Shown piece by piece: positions 23,581-36,700 of a stretch of 64,000 nt of DNA. The stretch lies in contig NW_024704751.1 in assembly GCF_018977255.1 (NCBI RefSeq), forward strand, positions 14,818,001 to 14,882,000, written 5' to 3'. Source of the stretch: Callorhinchus milii. Taxonomy: Eukaryota. Under the pieces are notes generated by a model. It did not search any database, was not told the DNA's origin, and saw nothing but the letters and a program-made list of their open reading frames with translations. The translations under genes and the position numbers were made by a program. Position 1 is the stretch's first letter; each line of letters begins with the position of its first letter.

Positions 23581-26500
23581 GGGGACCAAAGGGACTGTAG
23601 GCTTTTTTTTGGGGGGGGGATGGAGGGTGGGGTGGGGGGGATGTGTCCAGCCTCTGTGGCTGACTGACACATGGTGGAGGGGGGGGGGGGGGTGGGGGTG
23701 GGGGGGAGAGGGAAAAAAAACCATCGTCGTCGTCATCGCCGCCGTGGTCACGGTCGCGAGAGTGATGATGATGATGAGGCTTGCGTTTGCATGCGGCGAC
23801 TCCCGTCACGTCTTCGAGGCGTCTCGGGGGCGCTTCCCGGAATAGATCGCCGTGCTCAAGGCTATCCAAACCACTCACCGCGTTCCCACACCACCCCCCC
23901 CCCACCCACCCCACCGCCAGACCGAGAATTCCACGCATCCCACCCACACGTGGTAATCCCGGAGGCAGATTACTGGAATGGATTGCGCGCGCGCTCTCTC
24001 TCTCTCTCTCTCTCTGTAGAGGGACGCACCCTGCTTACCCAATTCCGGAAAGTATTAGGCGCAGGTTGGGAAGACCCAAGGCTTGGGGGAACCGCAAAGT
24101 GTGCGTCGGAGTAACCGCTGGAGTCTGACCAGCTAGAACCACGTAGCTTGCTATTGATAGCACTGTCTGGCAAGCTTTCCCACTGCTTGTCCAGCTCGGA
24201 CCATTCTACCCATTAGGGCTTCGGCTTGCAGGGTTAATGGGAGTTGAGTGGGAGGATTCCCTGCCGTGACTGGTCTGCCCTTCCAAGTCCTGCCGATGAG
24301 CCAGGTTGGTCCGCGCTGTCATTAGCAGTGACCTGGAGTACCGCAGACCCACCTGGCTCGGAAACCAGACAAGATAGACCGCCACAGAGCCATGGCTTGA
24401 TTCCAACATTCCATGGCCAAACATGTCACCTTGGAGCCACTTCAGCTCAACGGAGACCCCGCTTACCTTCCCCCCACCCCCCAGGAGGATAGTAAGGGGC
24501 TGTACTACCGACAATGTTGCCAGATTTGGCGGGTTTCACACCTAATTAGGTGTGATTTTGTGGTACTTACGTGAAAAAAAATGCTTTGGACGGGTGCTTA
24601 ATTTCAACATTTTTAATTTAGACCTGCAAAACATGTTTTTTTTTCCCTTTAAAGACCTTTTCTAACGCAGTTTCAAAAGCACTAACCTAAATTGGCCACT
24701 CCGCTACACTAACCTTTCATGCCACGTCAGGAATGACTCCTCGGAGCACTCCACAGGATTTACTGTAAAGTGTACCAACTGCGCGCTTTTGCAAGCTGAC
24801 GGGGCAGGCAATTTGCACACAGCCGTGCCCCACAAGCAGCCGTGAAGTTGAACGACTGATTTTATCTGGGGGATTATTGGATGCAGAATAATATTGAAGT
24901 GACTGTCTCTGGGATTGCACTGAAGGATCAAAATGATTTTGCTATTGAGCATCTCTTCACTAATATCATTGTTTTTGTGTGTGGTCTGGACGGAGATTTG
25001 GAGGCGGACTTGCAAGAGCTTTCCTATGGCTTCTCTTCCTGGAACAAGGAGAACTCAGAAAAGAAACAGGTTGTGTAATCCAAACCCGTGAGCTAACTTG
25101 GCAACCAAAAGGCCAGGATTCAGTAAAAACGTCCTGTGCATATCAATAACAATGTCCACAATCCATTGACCTGCCAAAAGGCCAGGCAATAATTGAACAG
25201 TTGGCAGATCAATCTCTGCACTGGGCCAACTTCGATAATCAAATGCAGAAACTACACTTGATCTTAGCCAAAAAGGACACAAAATGATTAATAAATAGAG
25301 TATATTGGGACATCAGCTTCTTAGGAAGTCCTGCCGTAGTGAAAGGTGTGATAAAAAAAATTTAATTTCTTGTTGTTATAAACTAATTGCTTATTTTTTC
25401 CAATTTGCCTAACATTACATGGAGGATCACACACTCGATTCCCCCAGAGTTTTAGCCTTTGCCAACCTGTGCTTAACACTTAAACACTCCAGAATTAGAT
25501 CAGTAGGATGCATTCCTCTGGGGGCTGGCTAACCTGGACACACCCTATTAGATGAGCTGAAACCTACAGTGTGCTGAACTCTTTCGCGGTCTGATTTGGA
25601 GGCTGTTAAGTGACGTGTTTCCCCGTGAGTGTGCGCGTGCGTGCGCGTGTGTGTCAGATACCCCGGCTGATCGAATAATACGCAAGTTGTACCAGTAACT
25701 TTGGGAACTCCGAAACATCAACCGACAATAGAACAGGGCAGTTCCTTGTGCCTTTCAAAGCCGCCAATGCCAAAGCATTTGTTGATATTGCTGTGATCGT
25801 CCATTCACCAGTTTATTACAGTGTTTCCATGTTTATGATTCCTTATTTTTGTTTATATCTTTGAAAGCGGGATATTATGAAATGACAATGTTTCAATTCC
25901 TGCCCTTCAAAAGCACCTCAAGTCCCGACAGATACAGGATCTCCCACATATATCCACGTAGCTTCTAATATTTTGAATACTTTTCCTGAACCATTCCCAA
26001 ATGGGAGGAGGCTTCGGAGCACTTTTATTTAACGAGAGCGGCAACCCCATCACTTTAGGTTTTATTTCGAGTGGCAACAGTGTGGGTGTTTCTGATGGGG
26101 GAAAGAAGATACGGGTCAAATGGTGGTTTAACAAATACAAACTCTTCCCGGATCCAAACAAACATCTGTTCCTGTTGTGGAGGATGGCATTGCCCCAGCA
26201 TCTGTTCCTCTCAATCCATCCGCATCCATGCAGGAAAATCTCTAACTTAGCGTCAAATCAGCACAAATGTTGGGACAGTTGATGCCTGTGAATGTGAATT
26301 GGATAAAGACGGCCATTGTTCACAGATGGGAGTTTCTGCTTGCGTCCCAGTTGTATTACACTTTGGATATACTTTGCTGGAGTTGAATTAATGAGAGCAG
26401 AACGGTGCAATAGAGTGTTGAGAATGAAACAGCCATGGTTTCAAATCTCTGATCTCCTGAGGGCTGCAACACTGCAAGCAAGTGTGCGTTATAATGATCT

Positions 26501-27654
26501 TTAGTGTGCCTGTGCGTCATGATGATGAGACCTGGACTGTTCAGTGCACAGATAGTGTCAATCCCAACTGACTGGACTAACTAACCATGTCACCCGACTT
26601 ACAGGAATTGGCACTGGGCATCACTTCGCCTTGTGTGGTATAAATGGGGAAATCATCCAGTTTAGAGCTCATGTTTGTAACTAATTGAGTTGCACAGTAA
26701 TCGGGTTAACATAATAATAATCCTTGCATTTGATACAGCGCATTTCATGTGGGGAGGACGTCTCAAAGTGCTTCACGGGATGTACGCTAAAGTGCGGTGA
26801 CTGTGTGTTTTGTAGGCCAATGGTTGATTCCGGTGGAAGAAAAACTGAATAAAGAAAGAAACATCACTCCGAACGTGAATGTTTTTAGGCCACTTTTATT
26901 TTTCCTGTTTTATTTCCGTCACAAACTAAGTTTGACCAAGATGACAAGACGGAACACCATAAAACATCTTAGAAATATTTGATACCGATTTCTCTTAAAT
27001 ATACTTTCATAAATATCCAAATTAAAAAAACATACACTTTTTCCCCCCAAAAGCAACGGCCTAATGTCAGTAACAATTTGATAAATTGACTATTCTTTGA
27101 TTTGCTTTCCTTGGGTCTCTTCTAACTAGACTTTATGATTAATTACTCTATAACTAATTTGTTGCTGGAATTTACATGGTATCTCAATTTGATGCCATGT
27201 TCAACAATGAAGGTCTTCCATACTGTATAAGGAAGCTGTTACAGGAGATGGGAATGGGCAGAATATAGGTTTGGAATCTAATGTAGGCGAGAGACAGAAT
27301 TAGTACTAGTAACAAACAAGTAAATTACATTATAAATACAATTTGAGTTTTAGTAAGTTCTACATTTCCTGTGGCGACTTGCTTCTTTAATGTACAAAAC
27401 ATACTGTAAATATTCAATGGGGTGGGGGGGGGGGGGGGGATTTGATTCACAGTGCTTTTGCCCATTGAAAACCACTGCACTTCATGTTATAGGTTTCCTA
27501 TAATAGAAAGTTACTAGATTAGGCACTTTATAATAAATGGAAGCATTTTCACTAGTTCAAGTGCTTCTGTATATTGAACAAGCGAGATTTCAGTATATTA
27601 CAGGGCTATTCCATCATGATATAAGGGCTGTCAGGAAAACTGCACAAGGATATA

Positions 27655-27707
27655 TTAACGACTGATTCTGTTCTCAAGAGCTGCCAGTTTCTTTGCAAAC
27701 GCACCTA
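27655..27707 (-). CDS. MATN1: MATN1 exon 8 (terminal coiled coil)
   Basis: [20 protein letters not shown] after an AC acceptor. Confidence 0.9.
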
Positions 27708-30700
27708 GTGCAAAAGGAGTTAAGGAGAATACTGATCAAGAAAGTGAAAGCAACATTGTCAGACGTGTTTCAATGCTCTCGGCCCTTTTATGGAACATTG
27801 GTCATTCCAAAATAAAAGCTGATGCAAAAGTTAACTGGATTAAATGTGCTAAAAAGGCGCATATGAAATGACTTACCAGTGTGTCATTCCACTCGTGTGT
27901 ATGTTACTATGGTTTCCAAGGAGATCACAGCAACTGCTTGGATGGCACTTCCCTACCTTTCTGACCTGTTTTCTCCCCACTCCACTACCGACTGCCTCCG
28001 CTCCGCTGGCTCTGGCCTCCTGCTTGCCTCTCGTCCCCTCCGCTCTACCATCGCCGGCCGGGCTTTCAGCCACTACTCCCTGAAGCTTTGGAACTCTCTC
28101 CCCCAAACTCTCTGCCTTGCCTCTTCCTTCCCCTCTTTTAGATCACGACTGAAGACCTTCCTCTTTGACCGTGCTTAAGGTCATCTCCTCCCTCCCCCCG
28201 GTTTGGCGTCAGGGTCCGCCAGTGTTAAAGGCTCCGAGACGCTGCCTGGTGTGAAGAACGCTGTGTAAATACAAGTTGTTGTATCAAGTGTTCTGCCACA
28301 GTCAAGCGCTCTGGGACGCTACTCTGCATCGGGGGGGGGGGGGGGGGGGAGCTCTATATATATGCAAGTTGTTGTTGTTGCAGTTGATTGTGATTGGTAC
28401 CGTGTCTAGCGGGTCGAAAATTAACTGATATAAAAGGATATGTTTCGATGTCAGTGTTTTCATTGCTTTCTCAACCTTGGTCTGGAACTCAACCAGGGAC
28501 TCACACGCACAAGGGTCTTTCTTCGGTGGTTCCACTGAAACCAAAAGCAAATAGTTTCAGGCTCACGTCAACCCCTATTTTATTTGAAGATTGAAAAAAA
28601 AGCACACACGCGCACACGCACGCAATACTCACCACATATTTTGACCTGCAATTTATCAGCGATTTTGTTCATCGTCTTGAAGTCTGCAGTGTAGTGATAA
28701 TGATCCTTAACTGGGTCTGATGCAATTATTCTCAATTCCTCCTCCAGTGCATTCCCTACTCCAACAGCAAACATCTTAATTCCTGCAAACAGATACAAAT
28801 ATTCCTTGGATGCGCTCTTAATTGAGGTGACCGCAGCTAGACAATGGTGTAGGATGATCGATTTCAAACTCTTCAACCTCACCTACGAATCTCTTCACTC
28901 CCCCAGCACTCCCCTAACTCTCTCACCTCCTCCGACCCCACTCCTCTGCTCGACTAACCTAATGCAGCTCCTCATTCCGTGGTGCTGCAAAGAGCAACTC
29001 AACTCACCGAAAGCCTGGGAGCTGTTGATTTAAATATCCTTCTGGTACTTTTCCCCCACGCTCATTAACTCCCTCCTAAAAGTGCCCCCACTCCCTCCCT
29101 CTTTGTTTTCAAGTCCCTTCTAAAGGCCTACCTCTTTGACCATGCTTTACGCTCACCTTCCTCCTAACTCTGTGCTTCCCATCTCGCTTGGGTTACCACC
29201 GCAGGTCCCTATAAAGCACCTTGAATAGTTACATTAATAATCAACCCTTGCATTTGATATAGCGCCTTATCGCGTCTTCGAGACATCCTGTAAAGTGAAT
29301 TGACTGTTCCCATGTGAATGCCTCCTGTTGTTGTATTACCTTTAAGCTCTGGAACTCTCTCCCCTAATCCCTCCGCCTTGCCCCCTCCCTCCCCACTTTC
29401 AAATCCCACCTGAAGACCTTCTTTTTCATCATGCTTACGGTCACCTCCCCACTCCCTCTCCCCCTGGCTCGGGGTCAGACTCCGCCACTGTTAAGCGCTC
29501 CGGGAGGAAAGGCGCTGCATAAATGCAAGTTGTTGTTGTTACTGCACCTTGGTCTTTAGCGGTCTGCGCGTAATCATTGATGTAATCCTGTGACCGTCCG
29601 TCAGTGAACACGATGGCTACTTTCGGGACATTTGCTCGTGCTCCTTCCGAGGGAATGAACACATTTTCCGTCAAATGTTTGAGGGCCATGCCAGTCATCG
29701 TCCCCCTCTCCATGTACTCCATATTCTTGACCGCTGCCTTGATGTCGTTGCTCGTCTTGTACTTGTTGAGAGGGAACTCTGTCCTGACCGAGCTCGAGTA
29801 CTGAATGAGGGCCACATTTGCGCTTTGCTCGCCGACTTCCAAAGTGTCGATCACCTGATTGATGAACTTTTTCACCAGCTCAAAGTTTTCAGGTCTCACG
29901 CTCTTCGAACCATCGATAACGAAGGCCAAATCTACTCCTCCTGAGCTGCAAGCTGCGGAAAACATTCCAAGTCAGATTAAAAAGAGGCAGCAGCTCTTCA
30001 TACTAGATCTTCACCATTACTAAGGGACTGAAAGGGTAGAAATTTCACCCGGGTCTTGATTCACTTATTTCAGCAGCATTTGGCAAATTCTTAATCGCAG
30101 CCTTCATTTAGAAGCCGGATTTCCTGTACGGTTCTTGTAAGAACTTAGAGAAAACTGACCTCAAAGCTAAGCCTGAATTTAACAATTTGCCAAATAATTT
30201 TATAAGATTTTTTAAAAAAAGGAATGTTTAAGGTTTTTGAGGCCTATGATGCATAAACATGCTCCATGTTATCAGGTACTTTATATAAATACTTAGCTGA
30301 AGTGATGATGACCTTGGAAGATTGACCGGGTGTGTAAAGAGCTGAGATGTGCAACGAGAGAACGAGATGAATAGCAATGGTGAATCAGTGAAAAAGAACA
30401 TTCAGGTGAAAGATCCATGGAAGTGCAAGGTGGGAACCCAAAATACTTTGAATATGATTCAAACACTAATTGCAAAATGTTTGCTGAACAATCTAATATC
30501 CTCTGATCTCTGTGTACTGCATTAAGATGCCCTCTCTATGAATGGCTGTTTAATTGAACGAACAGGACAGGATGAGTAATAACTAGCAATGGATAACCAC
30601 CGTGATCTTTTTCAGGACGGAATTATAAAAATAATAAATAAACCTCAAGTTTCCTTGGTTTAAAATCGACGCTTAGATGCCCGTTCGGTTTTAACTTACT

Positions 30701-33700
30701 TCCACATGTTTTTCCGTCTGGCTTTAAAGTGAATCCCTCGTTGCAGGCGCACTTGTAAGATCCAGGAATGCTCAGGCAGATGTGCTCACAATCATGGTCC
30801 CCACTGGCACACAGGTCAGCCACTGGAACACACGATTCGAGTTATTTCCCTCGCAGTGCAAGAACACACATTGCAGTCCTGTTACACAGTCAACTAATGT
30901 TTAACAACAGCCACGACTCACATTTAAATTTAACGTCTTTCACGTAGGGTAAAGCATTCGCAAAACGCTTTACACAGATGGAGGGAGTACCAGAGAGTGG
31001 GGGCATCGTGGCTGATGGTGGGTGGATGGGTGGGGAAGGGCAAGGATCGCATAGCACGGTTGAGTTTGTCGAGCGGAGGGATGTGCAGGAGAGTGAGGGT
31101 GGAGAAGGTCACAGGATGAGGGAGGGGAGAGGCCGTGCAGAGAGTGTGAGACTGAAGATTTGATGTCAATCCGCTGGGAACCAGGAGAGCTTTTCGAGGT
31201 GTGGGGTGACAGGCACCGTGAAGCTCAGTCCTGGTAAGGATGTGAACGACTTCAGTATTTTGTTTTATGCGACAAGTTATTATGAGTGAGCCGGATGGAG
31301 CGTATGGACGCTGGAGCTGGGGAAGTCGGAGAGGAGGGAATTGGAGAAGTGAACAAGATCTCACCGAGAGAGCTGGGCAGATATAATAATAATAATGATG
31401 ATAACAATAATAATCCTTGCATTTGATATAATGCTTTTGAGAGGTCTTCACAGAATATACTGAAAAGTGAATTGACTGTGTATTTTGTGAGCGAGAGGTA
31501 TACAGCATTGGCACAGATAAGTGCAACAACAGACCTGTTAAAGTGTAAGTTATTTTTGTTTACTCACCGCAGAATGCTTCCTGGAATTTTTTGGAGAGTT
31601 TCTCAATGGCGCTGTAGCTTTCCACGTAGTCTAAGTGCTCTTCCAGGGGTTCGCTGGCGATCTCACGCAGGGAGTTCAGCTCTGCCCTGCCCACACCGAT
31701 CGCGAAGAACTCAATGCCGCTTTCTTTCGCCCGAGTGGCTGCCTCCTGCACCAGATCCTGTGGACGCCCGTCAGTCACGATGATGGCTATCTTGAAGGGG
31801 GGGGAAAAAAGAGAAGGAAGCGGAGAATTGTTAGTTTCCAATTGCTTGGAGTGAAATTTTAATGGGATTATGAGTGTTTTCTGAGCTGTTTTAATAATAA
31901 TAATAATAATAATCCTTGCATTTGATATAGTGTCTCATCACATCTGCGAGACGTCTCAAAGCGCTTCACAGAATATACTGTAAAGTGAACTGACTGTGTA
32001 TTTTGTGGGAGAAAGGCGGCAGCCAACTGCGCACAGCAGCGTCCCACAAACAGCCGCGGATTACGCGACCAAATTATTACTATAATTATTATTATTTATT
32101 TTTAAGAAGGTAGCGAACTTGTTGGGACAGAACCTTCATAGCGCTTCATAGGATTCACTGTAAAGTGCAGTATGCTTTAACAGCCAGACCCAGGGTTGGT
32201 ATATTCGACAAATTAAGCCGTGAATTTCTTATGTTTGATGCCGATTTGTATTGCTCTAACGATTTCCACGTTTTCGCACAGAGTATTATTCGGAACAGCG
32301 AAGCTGTATGTTACGCCATTAATGTTGGTGCTGATTTTATCTGAGGTTGACGCAGCTTTACTGCTGCGAGTGGATTTTATCTTATCCAGCCAGGTTTAGT
32401 TTTCCGGAAAAAAAACAAACTGTTAATTGGTGCACATCGATTGACTCTCAGCTGTTTCTGAGAACTATCGGATCTGGGTGTTATCAAGTTGAAATGTTAT
32501 GATTCTCGCGTTCTCAGTCGGCAGAGTGACGTTTTGTTGATGAAACAACAAGATTACATTTGTATAGCGCCCTTCACGTCGGGAGGACGTCCCAAGGCGC
32601 TGGACATTGTACAACATTTCAGACCCGAGTTGGGGGTCAGTGGGGGAGAAGGGAGGGGAGGGGAATGGTGGGGGGGGGAAAGGTGGCCGATGGCACGGTC
32701 AAAGAGGAGGTTCTTGAGACGGGACTTGAAGGACTTGAAACACCAGCAGAGGGAGCAAAAGGGACTTCAGCAAATGTGCACCTGAACTTGGATGGAAGAA
32801 AAACGCAGTTAGGTTCAGCGTGCGACAATTGCTAAAACTTGCAATCTTTTTTGTCTTGCATTTCGCAGCGAAAAGAAATCTCATTGCAGGATACGGGCTG
32901 AGTGCTATTCACTCCTGTGGAGTCCTGTAGCTCAGGTGGAGTCTTGTAGCTCAGTGGTTAGAGCACTCGCTTTGCAAGCGAGAGACCTGAGTTCAATTCC
33001 CGGCAGAGGGCGAAACCTTGGGCAAGTTTCCTTACTCCACACAGAGCCTAATAATAGTCCCTCCAAAACCAAAAACAATAATAAATTGGTCATTTTCAAT
33101 CTACAACTGTTTGTGGGACATTGCTGTGCGCAATTGGCTGCCGCGTTCGCCCACAAACACACAGTCAATTCACTTTACAGTGTGTTCTGTGAAGCGCTTT
33201 GGGACGTCCTCCCGACGTGAAAAGCGCTATATTAAATGCAAGGATTATTATTATTATTATTATTATTCTGCTTCTTTCGCTAAGTTTCAAGAATTGGTTG
33301 GGATTTCTAAGTAACTTCATCCCCCCACCCCAGCCCCACCCGACTTTAACCCCTTCAGCCTCGCTTTTAAACCTGCCTTATTTTTGACCTTCTTTTATCC
33401 TTTTTGACCGCACTTTCTCCCACTCTCGTGCCTCCTCTTGTCCACCCCCCCCAACCCCCTCCACCTCACCCCTCACCACCAACTCGAGCTGCCAGTCAGC
33501 TGTGCAAAGCGCTTTGAGGCATCCTCTCGAACTGAAAGACGCTGTAGATATGTAAATTGTTGTAGTAACTGTAACGTAATCGTAACTTCTGAATAGTATG
33601 GCACATAACTGGGCATTTAAACTTTCATTCCAGTTATTTATAAGCAGAATGATTCTATTTGCAAAATTTACTGAAGGGAGTAGAGATCTGAGTGAGATAA

Positions 33701-36700
33701 TTTAGTCTTAAATGGAACCTTGGAAAAGTCCAAATCTCAGCGTTAATTTGGAAGCCAGTTTCTTTTGAGGAATAATGGATCCCCATCTTCCAAACGAACT
33801 AATCAGATGCCAATTTATCTTCACTGTGCTGTGGACCCGTTGGGGGGAAAAAAAATGCTGCTTTCCCCCCCCCCCCCCCACTACGAGTAAAAGCTTTATT
33901 AAGCCTGAATTCTTCAAGCACTGTAACTTCATTGAGGCACTGCACAAAGGTAGTTTGTCGCATATAACTTGGGGGGTAAAAAACACACACACACACACAC
34001 ATATACCATTCAGCACTCGGATATTCACTTTACAGAGCAACGTAGGTAAGATAACAAGCTCCCCTTTGTGTTTCTGCGCAACGTTCAACTAACCCCCGTC
34101 CAGCGACACCACTTAAGCTTTTAAGTTAAGAAAAAGTTCCCTAATAATTTACAGAAAATGATTGCTCTTAAAAACACTGCACTCTTATACACCCTGAACA
34201 GTGCACTGTTGTGATGCAACGGTATGGGTTACATGTGCAAGGCCAGAGACGTGCAACTCACACCCACGGCTTGAGATAAAGTGGACTTCATATGCCATCC
34301 TGTCCATGTAGCCATGTGAGTCCCACTGTGACTCAGGCTGCCTGGGTTTGTCCTAGAATTACAGCAAACTCCTGATAACTGGCTGCTCCGAGAGAAAAAG
34401 GACTCAGTTTCTCCTGTTATCCCGAGTTAGGCAAGTTAGGCACATGGAAAAAATACATAAATAAATGCAGCACAAATCCATCCACTGGATTTTTTTTTAC
34501 CGCCAAGTGGAGTGACTGTGTATTTTGTAGCTGAACGGAGCAGCCAATTTGTTCACAGCAACCTTCTCCCGTAAAGCCATGATCGAAGGGAATAGAAGGG
34601 TTGTTGGCCAGGACATCGTGAGAGAAACTCTCCTTCCCTATTTGAAACTAAATTCCAGGAATGACTGTCTTTTTTTTTAATAACAAAAAGGGCTTCGATT
34701 TGGTGAATGGTCTTTCAGAAGATTCAAACTGTAAAGATGATTATTCACTTTGGCAGATTAAAGTTTAGTATTAAACGGCTTTATCCGACAATAACAAATG
34801 TTTGAAAGGCAATTTTTTTTAAAGAAAACCATAATACGAGATCAAGAGGGGGAATTCTGAATGGGGGCATTGTTTCGAAAAACTATAACACTGATCCCAG
34901 CCCGTCACCGAAACTGCGGACACATCATGGCACGGAGTAGGGAAGAGCGGATACACTTTAAAATTGTAGGAGTACGCAACGACAATGGATGTGTCCTGAC
35001 ACAAGTTCAAACGGTACCGTTTGTTCCCACTAACCGGGCACAATGGTGTATTATTTCCACTATTGATTGTGCTCGCGACCAGCTGGCCCAGCACATGCAA
35101 AGCTTCGAAACGTAAGTAACCCCCGGTTGACCTATCTTCCAAGGGTACTATTTATTCTGCGTTCACTGAATGATAGCTTCATCAAACCCGATATCTTTAT
35201 ACCTTGTACTGTTAATGCCAAAGCCAGCACCAAAGCAAGCAGAGACAGAGGGGAGGGGGAGAGGGGGGCGCGGAGGGGAGAGAAACAAAGATATCAGGTT
35301 TGGTAAAGGTAGAAAGTAATCTGCAGAAGAATAAGGTTGTCTGCGCTGACAGCTGATGCCTTATAAAGTTACTTAATCCTTTGCCAGTCCAAAAGAAAGG
35401 GAATTGTCCTCTCATCAACAACAAAAAAATTAATGTGGGGGGTAAATTTCACCTGGGTCCAGAGTTACTCCGCGTTGTAGCTTTTCGGAGCGACCAGAAT
35501 TTGGCAAATTCTTTAAACGTGGCCTTGATTTTTGGACGAGGGTTTTCTGTAAGCTTCATTTTACGGGCTACAGAACACAATTAAAAAAGAGACTTCAAAT
35601 TCAAGGCTAAATTGAACAATTCGCAGGAGTCTGGACACTCTGGGGCTGTTACCCAAACAGGGTACATGTTAGCCCGCCGGGTGGAATTTACCCCGCGTCG
35701 TTTTAAAACGATTTGAAACAATACAGAGACGTGTTGCGTCTCTTGCTCTGTTTATCTTTGAAGAGGAAAGCTGTCCGAGTGTTACCTTGCTGACTTCCGA
35801 GGACCGCGTCCTTGCCCCTTGAATCCCACTGAAAGCCACGTTGGCGGCAAAGTGTATGGCGAGGCCGGTCATGGTGCCGGTGGAGAGGGGTTGGATCTGG
35901 GAGACGGCTCGCAGGAGACTAGCCTTGGTGAAGTGCGCCTTCAGGGGGAATTCGTTCTTGACGGTGCTGGCGTAGTTCACCACCCCCACGCGGGTTGCGT
36001 TCTGCCCGATGTCGAGGGATTCGATCACCTTGGACACAAACACTTTCACCTGCTCGAATTCGTGAGGACGCACGCTACGGGAGCTGTCGATGATAAAGAT
36101 CATATCGGTCGGCCTTGTCCGACACAGACCTGCGAGAGCACATGGAAACAGGGACAAAAGGGACAAACAGACAATGAAAGCGGAGCCTAGAACAGCAAAA
36201 AGCCAAAAAAGGAAGAGAAATTGTATAATAATAACATTCCTTGCAGTTGATACAGTGCCTTATCAGGTCTGCGAGACGTCTCAAAGCGCTTACTACTGTG
36301 GGAGTCAAGTGATATGTAGTAATATTAACCCTTGCATTTGATTTAGCGCGTTATCACGTCGTTGAGACGTCTCAAAGCACCTCTAAAGTGAATTGACTGT
36401 GCATTTTCCAGGCAAATCGTGGCAGACAATGGCACACTGCAATTGTGGATTGAGTGACCCTTTTTTTTAGTCAAGGAACGGAAAAGAAATAAATTATTGA
36501 GTGATCCTCGGCAGTTAACTCACAAACCTAAATCACGGGTCCTAAGAGCAATTCAATATTTATACTAAACAATACCTGTGGGACATACATTCAGTCTTTA
36601 CTGGGGGTAATTTAGCATTGATTTTGTTAATTTATTATCTTTTCAGGGCAATGCTGGAGTCAGGTTCATTTGTGAGACAAGGCTTGACTTTAAACATCTT

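Noticed and set aside
32938-33010. Apparent tRNA-Ala(TGC) gene
   Set aside because: It is the head of a SINE: it continues into the Deu core and (TTA)n tail, and its acceptor stem does not pair.
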